A stretch of DNA of 63,998 bases, the filler included, from Collodictyon triciliatum (taxonomy: Eukaryota), in assembly GCA_043381765.1 (NCBI GenBank). It is 22 parts of 22 records of this genome, joined end to end, with 100 filler letters (N's around TTAATTAATTAA, not from the genome) between each part and the next. Parts side by side here need not be neighbours in the genome. Positions count along the whole stretch, not along the records: positions 37,912 to 40,725 come from JBHJMP010008253.1; positions 40,826 to 43,638 come from JBHJMP010008254.1; positions 43,739 to 46,552 come from JBHJMP010008255.1; positions 46,653 to 49,465 come from JBHJMP010008256.1; positions 49,566 to 52,378 come from JBHJMP010008257.1; positions 52,479 to 55,290 come from JBHJMP010008258.1; 16 more parts are not named here. One strand, 5' to 3'. Of the stretch, positions 40,611 to 53,661 are shown one piece after another. Position 1 is the first letter of the stretch, and every line of letters begins with the position of its first letter. Under the pieces are notes generated by a model. It was given only the letters and a program-made list of their open reading frames with translations. It was not told the origin of the DNA and ran no database searches. The position numbers and the translations under genes were made by a program.

Positions 40611-40873
40611 GTAGCATTTTCAATCTAAATCAAGAGAAAAGAAAATAGAAAATAGAAAAAAAGAAAAAAAGAAAAAAAGAAAAAAAGAAAAAAAGAAAAA
40701 AAGAAAAAAAGAAAAAAAGAAAAAANNNNNNNNNNNNNNNNNNNNNNNNNNNNNNNNNNNNNNNNNNNNTTAATTAATTAANNNNNNNNNNNNNNNNNNN
40801 NNNNNNNNNNNNNNNNNNNNNNNNNAAAAAAAGAAATAAACTCTTCTTAAGCACAGAATAGAAAACAATAGTT

Positions 40874-42415
40874 ATGTCCGCAGGCTATTGCTGTAAGTGA
40901 AAATATCTTCGTGTCTCTTCATCTATACATTCACTTTTTCTCTTCTATTTCTCTCTATCTTTTTGTTCTTCATTCCAATATCTTGCTAACACGTCGATGC
41001 CAGGAAAAAGGTGGCCATCAAGAGACCAAAAACAATCAGGCTGTTTGCAGAGAATGCTTCTTCCATTTGGTTGAGACAGATACACCAAACGACTGTCATC
41101 AACAGTTCTTGGAATTGAGAAAAGCGTGACTATTCTTGTTCAGTTTATTGTTTTTTGCCTCATTCCTACATTATACGATACAATATAAGCCACCAAGTCT
41201 CATGTAACTTTTCAAATGTTGCTTATTCGACAGAGGCGACAAAGCAGCGATTGCAGAGTCGAGTGGGAAAGGTAGTATAGTCACGCAAAATATCATATCC
41301 GGCTCTCTTGTAGCACATTTATTTAATCGATTTATTCTCTGTGATATCATTAAATGAGATTATATGGAATCGTTGGAATCATGTGATATTACCATCCAAT
41401 TTTCTTAATCATTATTATATTTCATATATATTTAATTCTGGATTATATTGATAACTGCTTTGCTGACCATTCTTGCATTATCCACTTGCAGACTCCAACG
41501 TGTTGACCCATCTAATGACTCCGCTGGATAAAACACAAGACAACATTTTGACTTTGTTCTTGTGTATGTTGACGGATGAATTGCAGTAATTTTATTTTAT
41601 TTAATTTTTTGTTTTGTATTTTGATAAAGCTTGTATATTTTCTTTTAAACAACAGTCATTATCTAAATCTTTCAATAGTTGAGTATATACCGCGATGATT
41701 ACCCGAGGTTTTCCCATTTTTTCTTGTTATAATACCCAAACACCTTTGTGTACTCAACCTATATAACATTTCTGACAAAAAAAAAATGCTACAGATGTTT
41801 TCATCGGATGCCTTTGACTATGATTTATTTATTTTTATTTTTAAAATATAACGCAGACCGTGAAGCACAACGAGCAACAATCTGAAACCCCCTTGAAAAA
41901 CGTCACATAGAATGAGCTTTATGGATGGACGATGAACCGAATCGGAAGACAAGCAGACAAAGGAATCGTTGTAATTAATTTAATTATCCATAAAAATTAT
42001 TCTCCTCGCATCCAACTCCGACATACTCCCTTTTATCTTCTAAAAAAAAAACACAGAAACCTAATCCCCATAATATCTCACCCTCTGTCATTTCAAATTA
42101 TAGGTCTTTACTTGCGGAGACTTTTGCAGACAGGCACTCGACCATGGTGCAGGACTTCTTTTCGCTGACAAAATCGCTACTGGACACGGTGCAGACGAAA
42201 TGGTAGATTGGTGTGATGAATATTATGCCCGTCGTTTTATTCAAACGTTCTCCCAAAAAGTATGAAATACATCATTCATATATTCGATTCAGCAATCACG
42301 CTATTTGAGTTTGTTTTAGATGATTTCAACTATTTTCGTATTTCTCTGCTCATTGATTTTTAGTGGATATGTCGCTCGAATTCAACGCTGCTCAAGTATT
42401 ACCTCAGGAAGCCAA
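40874..42415 (+). pseudogene. CTU1: Intron-containing pseudogene of cytoplasmic tRNA 2-thiolation protein 1 (CTU1/NCS6)
   Basis: Collinear motifs VAIKRPKT, VCRECF, GDKAAIAESSGK|DS, YRDD, TVKHNEQQ...[22 protein letters not shown]...KIATGH and VARIQRC, with frameshifts and in-frame stops. Confidence 0.85.
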
Positions 42416-43738
42416 GTTCTGAGTTTAGCATGATATAGTACTATTACATAATAAAAGGCAAACCTGCCTATATTTCACACAAACAACCACAAGAAAACTC
42501 ATATATTTCAATATGTTATTTTTATTACAAATCCGTTCAATTTTTTGATTACTTCAGGCTCACACCCATGACACAACCCTCTCAATTTTTTCTACGAGAA
42601 AGAGATTGGGATGTGAACTTTCCTCCCTTTGTAAATCCTCGATAATCATAAATAGTAAAGACTCAAACCGTAACTTCTTTCCTTTTAGGTATGCATCGAA
42701 TACCCATGACAGGTTTGGTTGAGATTATCTCAAAGATTAGGAGTGTATTTGGCCGAGTGAAATTGTAGGTTTTTTCATCTAAATGTGTTCGCTGAACTAA
42801 TAGCATTAAAAATAAATATGAAAAGTAGATATTTAGTGTATTCTCTTTACTTCCATGCAAATCAGTGGCCTTTTTTTTTATCAAAAACCAATATAATGTT
42901 AAATTTGTACTCTTGATTTAGTTCATGCGGATGCGCTGCGCATGTGTCTGGACTTTCTCAATAGGTATCATCCAATCGGTCGAAGCGATGACTTTTGATA
43001 ATCAGGGCGAACTCCTATGCACAGTGTGTGTTCGCGATGTAAATTCATCAGCAGCCAAAAAAAAAGTCTGCAAAGCGTGTTTTCTGCTCGATAGCCTTAT
43101 CGCGGGCTTCCAAAACTTGCCGTTGGAAAGACAAAGAAATGGGTTTGCCTTTCCTTTTTGCTTTTGTTGCAAATGAGTGACACTTTCATTTCTTCGCTAT
43201 TACTGTCATTTTTTCCAATCAAAACTTATTTGACACCAAATACTATCATCAGTCTTCTGAGCAAAATATTTCTCTTTTTCCGAGTCGCAAGGATTGGCGC
43301 ATCTGTCGTTTTGTTAATTACATGAGGACAGTCATTTACCGAGTACAGTGCAGAGTCATCAATGAAGAGACTCGATGCCAAACACAAGATAAACATCAAT
43401 TTTTAGAATGTATATTAGGGCTTTAAAACCCCCCGATATCAAACGAATAAATACTTTTTCGAATAATTTTGATTCCATTATCCTTGAACTTCGATATTTA
43501 CTCACAAGAGGAGATGATCACTTTTTTTATCTGCTTGGTTAATCCATTAGTGATGCTTTGAGTTCATTGGCCGATTGATAGACGCTGCAATATTCGGCCG
43601 CAGCGATGAGCAACCGTTTCACAAAGAAGCACAACATANNNNNNNNNNNNNNNNNNNNNNNNNNNNNNNNNNNNNNNNNNNNTTAATTAATTAANNNNNN
43701 NNNNNNNNNNNNNNNNNNNNNNNNNNNNNNNNNNNNNN

Positions 43739-43850
<112 letters not shown>

Positions 43851-43974
43851 TAATCAAGTTATTTTAATCCTACAGCACCTTTTTTTCAAAATGTTTATCA
43901 AATTCTTGAATATTAATAATATATCATCAAAAATATTGAAACGCTTGCACCAATTAAAAAGATGAAGAAATAAG

Positions 43975-44020
43975 TTTTTTTTTTATTATTCTTCCTTTCA
44001 ACTTTTGTGCAGGACTGAGG
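43975..44020 (-). mobile_element. Very short LINE subfamily A 3' tip
   Basis: TCCTGCACAAAAGTTGAAAGGAAGAATAA plus poly(A); TSD GAAGAAATAAG at 43964-43974 and 44021-44031. Confidence 0.8.
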
Positions 44021-44074
44021 GAAGAAATAAGATTTTATTTGTAAAGTCACGCTCGATGGCGTGAGAGAGATGGT

Positions 44075-46180
44075 AAGTAAAAAATTCCGAATACTCCTTC
44101 GCTCCTTCGTACACAACAAGCCCGAACTTGGCCTTCACTTTCCCTTTAAACCCCTCCTACCTCTTATGCTGAAAATACAATAAAATACGTTAAAAAATAA
44201 AGTCATCAAAGCATACCATAATTACTCGAAAAATAAAAACATCAGACATTCTATCAATTTTATACCGCCTCTTCGCTTTCAGCTTGGAACAGCTTTCTTT
44301 CTTCTTCATTCTTGGCATGTTGCACACCATAGTGCTCGTCGTGGAGGTAAAAGAAGGCGCGACTGCATACTGGTTTGCCAATCAGGCAGGCTTACTGAAT
44401 CTTAACACACATTATGATTAAGAAGAATATTTTATTTAATTCTATTGTATTTACTCATGAAATATACAGAATAAAATTTATGGATTTGACTTCACCTCGT
44501 ATTCAGTCACATCCAGCTCACCCATTCCGTTGATGAAAGGAAGCGGCTATTGGTCTCACTGCGCCATTCCACCCAAACATTCTTCATGGCGGCATCGGGT
44601 TGGTTTTCAGCAGCTCCTCAAGGCGGGCTTGTTTATTCAGCTTCGTTTTTCTTTTGGTCAGGAATCCAGCCGTAGCTTGCACCGAGAGAGCACACAAAGT
44701 ATGGGCATTTTCCGATGGAATCCAGGCAGCAAACCACAAACTTTGAAAAAATAAGAGAAAATTGAAGGTTATTATTTTATAAAATGCTAAATATTCTAAA
44801 AACTATCAAATATATATTTATAATATTGTGATTACCCATTCCTCACTACTGTCCACAGAAGTCAGACCCAGCGCAATTCGATAAAGACAAGGTCCAGTTC
44901 CAATGTTCTTGCAAGCCTTTTCAACATGGCATAAAAATTATATTGTAAGCAAAATAAAAGCATCAAATTATCATTCCTTATCATGAATTTATTATATAAA
45001 TGGGTTTTACTTACTCAAAGGCTCCATTATTGAAGAACTCGTCTCTTTATTGCTGCATTTCACGGAAAGTCGATGAAAGGAAAACACGGATGACGCGCTC
45101 CTCAAAAACAATGAGTGCCGGTGGTTTTGTTGTCATGTATCTTTGAGAAGCTGGATTCCACTTCTTGTATTGCCTCTCCTTCAGGTCTTCACGAGCAAGC
45201 TTCATCTGATTTGTAATCGACATTATTTTTTTATAAAACACAATCATTTTGATATATTTTATCCAATTTTAACTAATTACCTTGTCAAGAAGAATGCAAG
45301 TGCGGATGAGCACGCCAGACCCTTTTTCTTCCAGACCAAGACCTTCATCAATATTTAAAATTTAATTTAGTTGAGAAACAAATGTAAAACAATAAAATCA
45401 AATAAAAATTAAAAAAAGATGTAGAATTTCAACCATGGAACGGAAATGGGGTCTTCGCTCTTTCGTAAAGTTTCTTGGCAGTGATATCGCACCTCTCACG
45501 ACAGTTTTCCTACAATTCTTAACATTGAGAGATTAAATTTTGACATTGTTCAAAATAGTGAAAACAAAGAATAAAAAAAAGTATTGTTACGCCAATGCTT
45601 CCAAAATGGCCTTCACTTTGTCTAAATAGATACTGGAGCATTTCGTACGGCAAATCTGTAAGAATATTTATACGTCACTCATACAAAATAAATGGATGAT
45701 ATGTGAAAAGTTCCAAAAACAGTTATCTTTCAATCAAATAAAGCAAACCAGCCTAATGGGCCTGAGAAGCAACAGCCTCATAACGCACATTCCATTTCAG
45801 AAACCAATCAACGATGAGTTTTTGATTCTCGTCAACAAGAGCCTCCTTCTCAATAGCTTTGTCACTGATATAAAAAGGGATGAAATACCAATCCATGAAA
45901 AAAAACAATATTTGAACATCATAAATAAGTCATACGCAAACAAGCGGGAATGGTAGCTTTCCAAGGACTTTCCGGTGACCACCTCAATCAGCATGGCCAA
46001 AAAGAACCCGTCCATAAAGTCATCGCGGATGTTCTTCGCCTTGAGCTCGATTTTTCCCAGGTGATGGTTCACTCATTCGAGGACAGCCTGTGCTCAGTAG
46101 TTGGCATATGTAATCAATGCTCATTAATATATAAAATATTTTCAATGGATTTGTATGTATTTGTGCAGACTTCGTCGATA
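44075..46180 (-). pseudogene. Pseudogene: calponin-homology domain followed by a DUF4062/NPHP3_N-like domain
   Basis: CH: MNHHLGKIELKAKNIRDDFMDGFFLAMLIEVVTGKSL. DUF4062: IRVFLSSTFREMQQ*RD, IELRW(G)LT, CPYFVCSLGASYGWIP, VTEYE|IQ*A...AFFY. Several stops and frameshifts. Confidence 0.8.
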
Positions 46181-46652
46181 GTGAGAAGGCTGATGTTGAC
46201 TCGGTGCTTGTTTCGGTTGCATACATGTTTTGAATCTTCCTATTCCTTCGTGTTTGTTTCATGTTAAATAAAATCACATTCATTAGTTTTATTGAGTGTC
46301 AATTATAAAACAAGCTATTCTCCTTTTTCATGAATGATATTGTTTGATTTATCGATTTTTATTTTGGATGCATTTTGGATGCTTTCAAAGGCTAAAAAAG
46401 TTACATTGTATTAAAGATTAAAGCTCAATATTATCAAGTCTGCATACTATTTTTTTTGTTATGATATCAACTATTCGTATTAACAAATATATTTCAATGT
46501 GAAATGAATTCTTTGCTTTTTAATTGCTTTTTTGATTTGTTAATAATGTAGANNNNNNNNNNNNNNNNNNNNNNNNNNNNNNNNNNNNNNNNNNNNTTAA
46601 TTAATTAANNNNNNNNNNNNNNNNNNNNNNNNNNNNNNNNNNNNNNNNNNNN

Positions 46653-48103
46653 CAGAATCCATTCAGATAGTCTCTTGGAAAGCTCTTGGGTCTGTGCATA
46701 CAATGAGATTACATAAACATTGGTGAGGGAACCTTTGTGTTTCTTTTCGTACTACAAACGCGACATGATATATTTCTGTTATACGTTTATTGGACTTTCG
46801 GGTCTTTTCTAGTCTTCTGTCTATTAAATTTTGACTACCATATCATAATAATGTGCCAGGGATAATCCTCGCTTGGCTTTTGACGCATTTTGCTGGAGCT
46901 CTTCGTTTTCTGGGTCCTAGGAGGGGTAGAAAAAAAAACATTTTGGACGAATTTTGATAGGTATATGACGATTTGCTTGCTATTTGCATATAATATCGCC
47001 AAGTGAGTTACAAGTTCAGCCTTGAAAAATTCAAGAGAATCTAATGTGGAGGAGCAAAGGTGTTGAAACAAAAGTAAAAGGATTATTAAAAAAAAAAATT
47101 ATATACTTCAGCGAGTTTAGATTGGGCTTCCTCATTGATTTTTTGGGCTACGCTGAGGGGCCGAGTTCTGGCCGAACCGAAAAATACAATTGTGTTCGAT
47201 ATCTAGGCAATTGAGGTGACAAAATCATGCATAGGGGGTTTCATTAATAAATAAATAAAATAGTTCTAGACACGAAACACTCCAATAAATAATGCAAACA
47301 TTGTAGATTTAAATATTTAAGTATGCGTACGTTTTCATGGCCCAGTCTCTGGCGAGTTTCCTCGTATTCGCACAGAATGCGAATCGGACGAGCAGAAGAG
47401 GAGAACAAAAAATCACGATTTACATAAGCCTGTGAAAAAGAAAGATACGTTATTGTATAATTTTTTTAACAACTTCACGTACATGTTGACAACTAAATAA
47501 TAATTTTGGTATAAAAATGTTTGTGATGGTCTCATATGAGAGCAAATGATCTTGAAGTATTCATTTATTATTCCGTCAAAATATGGATAATTACAAACAA
47601 ACAAGCATTATTCGTCCCTATATTATATTTCAAACGTTTTTCGTTTTTTTTTAACTGAAGGACAGGAGAGGAATGAATGGCCAGGAAATAGAAACAACAT
47701 GTAAATAACAAGAGTTAATGCAAACCTTTGTGGCTGGGACATAGTCAACACCTTCGGTTGTTGTTTCTTTTCCTATTATAATTTTTTTTTGTAGGTATGT
47801 CTGGTTTTCAATAGTAGCAAATATATATAAAGGAGGGAAACATGACAGAAATTTTATATAAATGTACGATGTCACTAAGAAAAGCACAAAAATGCGAACA
47901 AATCATGTTGTTTACAAGGATGATTCGCAGCGAGATTAATGCAAGAGTGAAAGAGAAGAGAAATCAAGTTCACATCCACTCGTTCTTTGCTTAGAGTATT
48001 CATAAAAATACAAGAAACGAAACGAAACGAAACCTTGGTGTCTCAATATTTTTTCTTTCCTTGCAGATTCGCTTAGACTTGATGAATGCGGACGTTGGCT
48101 CAT
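46653..48103 (-). CDS. Partial LOG-family (Lysine_decarbox/phosphoribohydrolase-like) protein, long bacterial-type form
   Basis: Spliced K|AYVNRDFLFSSSARPIRILCEYEETRQRLGHEN|ISNTIVFFGSAR...LAHYYDM. Confidence 0.8.
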
Positions 48104-48516
48104 GTCCTGAGGAAGAAAAAATACACGTTATTTGTTTGTTTTATTCAGGGGAGAGAGGGAGAGTTCTTCACTTATTCATAGATACGCACAAATCGGTCGG
48201 CACTGTTAAATAAATGCCAAAAGATTTGTAGCCTGCAATAAAGAAACAAACCAAAACATAACAAAAAAAAAAATAAAAATAAAATAAGACAGCTCATTTA
48301 ACCTTCGGGAGATTAAGTTATATTCGCAAAGAGTCCAACTAAAAAAAATAATTCGCAGAAGCAGCCCTTTCGTATCTTAAGTTTGCAGCAAGAGGTTTCA
48401 TCCTCACACACAATTTTTGCCTCACTTTTCCCTCGCTACTGGGTCACTTTATTCCTCTTTTACGACTGCCCTTGCATGCTTTTTGTACCATGTACTTTTC
48501 TTTAACTTTTCAATTA

Positions 48517-48611
<95 letters not shown>

Positions 48612-48892
48612 TTATTTATTTATCGTACTGCGGCGCTGGCGAGTGCTTACGTAGAAATCTGGCTTTTGCTTTACTTGCACCAGATTATTTTGGCTCTGGC
48701 TGTGCATCACCCGCGGAGATTCTGCCATATGTGTTGCAAATCGTATGAATTCCAAATCCGGAAAATATGGTGGTCTTCGTGTGTCGGTTCCGCCAGGTCG
48801 TCCTTATGACATGCTCTCAATTAACCCCTTAATGCGGGGGCTCACCATTCTGGAGTAGGGGAAGCGAGATAAGCAGGATGAATTTGTACCAC

Positions 48893-49190
48893 AGAAAGAA
48901 ATCAGTGATAGCGAGTTGGTCAGGTGGGCGACCCAACTGGTTGATTAGTTGTGTGGGTAGCAGTGGGTTGGATATGCTGTGGGAGATATCTTACGACACA
49001 TTCCCACATCTCTCTTCGCTTGCAGTCAGAGTAGCGAAGAATGCGAGCGTGTTTCAGCAGGCTGTTCAGGAAGCTGTATTGCACGAGGCTTTCCAGCCTG
49101 GATACATTGATTTCTCGCTCGGGTGAATCATTGGAGCGAGAGAATGCGCGCACACTCCATAAGGACCACAGCATATGTCTCTCTTGTGAC
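48893..49190 (-). mobile_element. LINE subfamily B ORF2 C-terminal fragment (1-nt frameshift, tail missing)
   Basis: Near-identical to 62985-63152; encodes HMLWSLWSVR...SFLNSLLKHARILRYSDCKRREMW. Confidence 0.85.
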
Positions 49191-49309
49191 TGTCCAGAGT
49201 ATTCTAAGCGTGCCTCAAATCTAAACAGAGGCGGAAGGGAATTTCACATGGCACGCAGCGTAATACATCAATTTATACTCATATTGATATTATATTATGT
49301 TCAATATTC

Positions 49310-49340
49310 GCTGCACTTTGAATCGAATAAAGGGGGAAAA
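49310..49340 (+). mobile_element. ~31-bp LINE subfamily B 3' tip
   Basis: GCTGCACTTTGAATCGAATAAAGGGGGAAAA flanked by the TSD TATTAT(G/A)TTCAATATTC (49293-49309 and 49341-49357). Confidence 0.8.
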
Positions 49341-49868
49341 TATTATATTCAATATTCACTGTCATATTGATATTGATATTGATATTGATATTGATATTGA
49401 TATTGATATTGATATTGATATTGATATTGATATTGATATTGATATTGATATTGATATTGATATTGNNNNNNNNNNNNNNNNNNNNNNNNNNNNNNNNNNN
49501 NNNNNNNNNTTAATTAATTAANNNNNNNNNNNNNNNNNNNNNNNNNNNNNNNNNNNNNNNNNNNNAAAAACATAAAAACATAAAAACATAAAAACATAAA
49601 AACATAACAAAGAAAAAACAAAAAACAAAAAACAAAAAAACAAAAAACAAAAAACAAAAAACAAAAAACAAAAAACAAAAAACAAAAAACAAAAAACAAA
49701 ACAAAAATATCATAAAATATCATTAATAAAATAAAATAAGAACAAAAAACAAAAAAAAAGTGAAATAATGAATGGAACCCCCTTTCTAAAGCAAAAGTGC
49801 CCCTCTGCAAAGCATCTCTTGCCACAGCCAAATATTTGACAATATTCCTACTTCTTTACTTCAGAAGG

Positions 49869-50228
49869 ATGTCGAAAGTAGTCGTCATCGACCTGGATTC
49901 TGACGAGGGTGATCACAACCCACCAAAGCCGCTGCCATCAAAGTCACTTAAGTCACAAATGGCAACCAAACCCCGTAAGTAAGCGCACCATCACGTCCAC
50001 CGCTCTCAGCATAACATGCCTTATCCCTTTATCCAAGCCATTCTCAACTCGCCTCACAAACACCATCACTAGTGCCAGCAAACAAGGCAGGATCTCTGCT
50101 TCGAAAAGAATCTCACCCTGTCGCTTCTTCTTCGACCCACACCGAATACACAAAGCCAACTGAAACCTTTGTAAAACAAGATGCAGCTCCCAGGGCCGTC
50201 TCGAAGCTTAATAGCCATGATGATGATA

Positions 50229-50296
<68 letters not shown>

Positions 50297-52023
50297 AACG
50301 ACAAAGAGACCAGCACAGAAAACAAGCATGAGACAAAAGCGACAAAAGCAACAGCTATACCAAGAGCTTCAGAAGCCTTTTTGTCTGCACCATCTGATTC
50401 TAAGAAGACCAAGTACGTAGCAGCCACGAAAAAGTGCACGGTCGAACGTACTTCGCAAACGGATGCTGTTGTCATTCTAGAGCAAACACCTGAGATCTTG
50501 GCTAAGCTTCTCAGCATGGGAATCCTCAAGGATGGCAACAAAGAACCCTGTAAGCGTATATCTACCCTTGAAGAGGCAAATAATGCACAACCCCATGAAC
50601 CTGCACAAGTTGCCGAGTTACAAGAGATACCCAAGGATGACAGGAAACGAAAAGAACCATCAGTGGCGTCGAAAAAGAGCTCACTTGTCGGATCAAAGCA
50701 GACTGGAGCCTCAACAGAGTCCCATCCGATACGAGAAGTGATGTCTCAATTGGAACACAAAATCATCAACAAATCTCAAGAAGAGCAAAAGCTGGATCAG
50801 ATGAATGTTGCCGAGCCAGTCGTGAAGAAGTTGAAGTCGGCTGGGCCTATGAAAACGAACCAGAACTTAGAAAATGAAGACAAAAAAAGGATAAATGAAA
50901 AGAAAGCATCAAGTGACAAGGAGAACGACGTTGAAGAAAAACAAGATGATGTTTATGAGGATCCAAGTGCAGTGTGTACTGGGCCGTTTGACGACGCCTT
51001 TAAGAAGAACTGGGGCGACTACAAAACAATGATTACTAGGGAGATATCAGCAGCAAAAAAAATTGTGGATGTATTGGAAACGAAACCTGAAATTGAACTC
51101 TGCCAAAGAGTAAACGATCATGACAATAAACTCCATTCCTTACTTAATTACAAATCCTGGTCGTCTGGGAAGAGTGCTTCTGTAAATTCAAACCCGAAGC
51201 TGTGTTATTACATTAAACTCTCATCGAATTATCTCTCTCAATTTTACAAGATGCTGAACAGGGAGGGAACATTGCCAAATGAGTCCCCAGAATACCAGAA
51301 GCGATGCAGACACACGGTTAATGGAAATCTTGTGGAAATCAACATTATATCGTACGCTTCAATTTTTCAATACAACAAGCTACAATTTGGAGTTTGATAA
51401 TCATACTTTTTTTTAGCACCTTTCACGCGAAATATTAAACCATTTTATGTTAGAAAAATAAATGAAACACTTATTATAACCTAACATTCGATGAAGCAAT
51501 CTGGACGAAGGTGAGTACTTTGTCCCCCTTCTATTGAAGGACTTTGAGGATGAAGCCCGAAGCATTGGTACCAAAAAATTCGCAAAGATTATCGGTGTCT
51601 CGATTTGTAATGCAATCACTAAGCCTCGTTCTCGTAAGAAATGAATTATCAAACCAGCCTCTCGATCGACAAGATCCATTAATTACATATGTGATTGGGA
51701 AGATGCGACCTTTAGAATATACTAAAAACAGCAAAAGAAGAAGAAAAATGCGAGTCATTATATTAAAGCCGAAACTATACTCACAAGGTGAAGAGCCTGT
51801 GCCTGTACTGCTGCAATTAAGTTCACATCGTAGAATTTTGGTAATTCACTTAAGTGAGTAAAAGCGATTTCTTCAAGTACCGCACAACATTTCGTCTACA
51901 CAACATTTATCTCCAAAAGATATTGTATGAGTATTATGAAAAAAAATTTACATACTGGATTGAATTATACTTCAATAGCCAGAATATTTGGAGGCTCATC
52001 CCAGCTGTTTCAACTATTCTTAA
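49869..52023 (+). CDS. Hypothetical protein with an N-terminal SIM-like motif and a poly-Asp tract; 3' exons uncertain
   Basis: MSKVVVIDLDSDEG exon spliced in frame (intron 49975-50078) to a ~1.3-kb exon containing (GAT)n. Confidence 0.55.
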
Positions 52024-52488
52024 ACCCTTCTGTTTTAAAGGTTGGTATTGATATGAAGAGTATGGCTGCTCAACTTTTTAGGTAAATTCGTCATCGAATC
52101 CATTTTTCCTTTATCTTTTTTTTATTATCACTATTTTTCTTTGATTTTTTATTTCATACAACTACGATCAATGGCTCAGCTTGCAAATACATCAACGTAT
52201 CATACTATTTTAAATTTTTTCGGAATGAACAGAAATTATCGGATTAAGATTGTGAACGGATATGACCTTTACACCTTGGCCAGGAATAATATTGGGCCTT
52301 TGTAAACTTTTTTTTTTTTAGAGACTCTAGATCTTTACTTCTCCTACTTTTTTTTTTTTTTTTAATGAATCGTCGAAGNNNNNNNNNNNNNNNNNNNNNN
52401 NNNNNNNNNNNNNNNNNNNNNNTTAATTAATTAANNNNNNNNNNNNNNNNNNNNNNNNNNNNNNNNNNNNNNNNNNNNAAAAAAAAAA

Positions 52489-52535
<47 letters not shown>

Positions 52536-53629
52536 TGGAAAATTAAAAAAAGCTTTGCTTATTCATACCAATTTCATAGATGCCTGTCCCTATGTGTTTG
52601 TCTGGTGTCTGCAAAAGTGTATTATGTTTGACCCAAGAATAAAAATAATAATTATGATTATATATTGTGCAGGGATTTATTTGCTTCAGGGTACGCAAGA
52701 AACCATCGGGAAAATAGGAAACTGCCTGTCATTACTCTGCACTTAGAGAGCATAGAGTTGTGAGATGGGGCCAAGAGAACGATGGGGTTCTTTTTATATT
52801 CTGGGATATGCTCAAAAAGTGTGCTGGTTGCCGAAACGAGGCTTTTTTTTGTTTTTTGTTTTTTTAGGGGCTCGATTTCTGTTCATCATCGGTCTGAGTT
52901 TTTTTTTTTTAGCCCCGTTTGTGGATAGATAACGTGCTCAATTCTTTTCAAATCTAAGGTATGGTGAAAAATTGTGATAGGATGCCTCAATTCGTGTAGA
53001 GGATGTTTTGTTGATATTATACGCTCTTTGGTTTTTTTCCCCTTTGTTGCTTTATTCATTGAACATGATGACATACATGAATTATTTAAGATGCATACAA
53101 TATCGAATAAAATAATAATAATAATAACAAAATATAATAATAAATCGAATGGAACGTGAAGAATAGGAATCATTTGAAAAAAGTGAGAATAAGCTCTTTC
53201 CGATAGTCTTCTCTCCTTCGTTTTGAAATGTAGCTGTGTATTCTTTGTATGAATATGAGGATGTTTTTCTTGTAGTTTAAAAATAGGAAGAAAAAAAAAC
53301 AAGCCACAATACTTCTTCATTTCATAATCACTTCATATTCTATCAATATATTCCACGATTTCAGATCGAGTGAAGAGACACGGCGATTGTTTTAATTAAA
53401 CCCCGAAAGATAAAACTGCTCAAAAATATCACGTTCTCTAGTTTATTTGAAAAACAGTAGATTTTGGCGGAACTAGATGTCGCATTTAATCAAGTGATAC
53501 TTCATAGTTATTCATGAAATATCAAATGCAACGAGGAATTATTTACTACCTTATTATTATTATTAGTACTATTATTAGTACTATTATTATTAGTATTAGT
53601 ATTATTATTATTAGTATTATTTTTATTAG

Positions 53630-53661
<32 letters not shown>

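Noticed and set aside
42900-43620. Exon-like fragments on the minus strand
   Set aside because: All frames tried hit stops; possibly another pseudogene, but unidentifiable.
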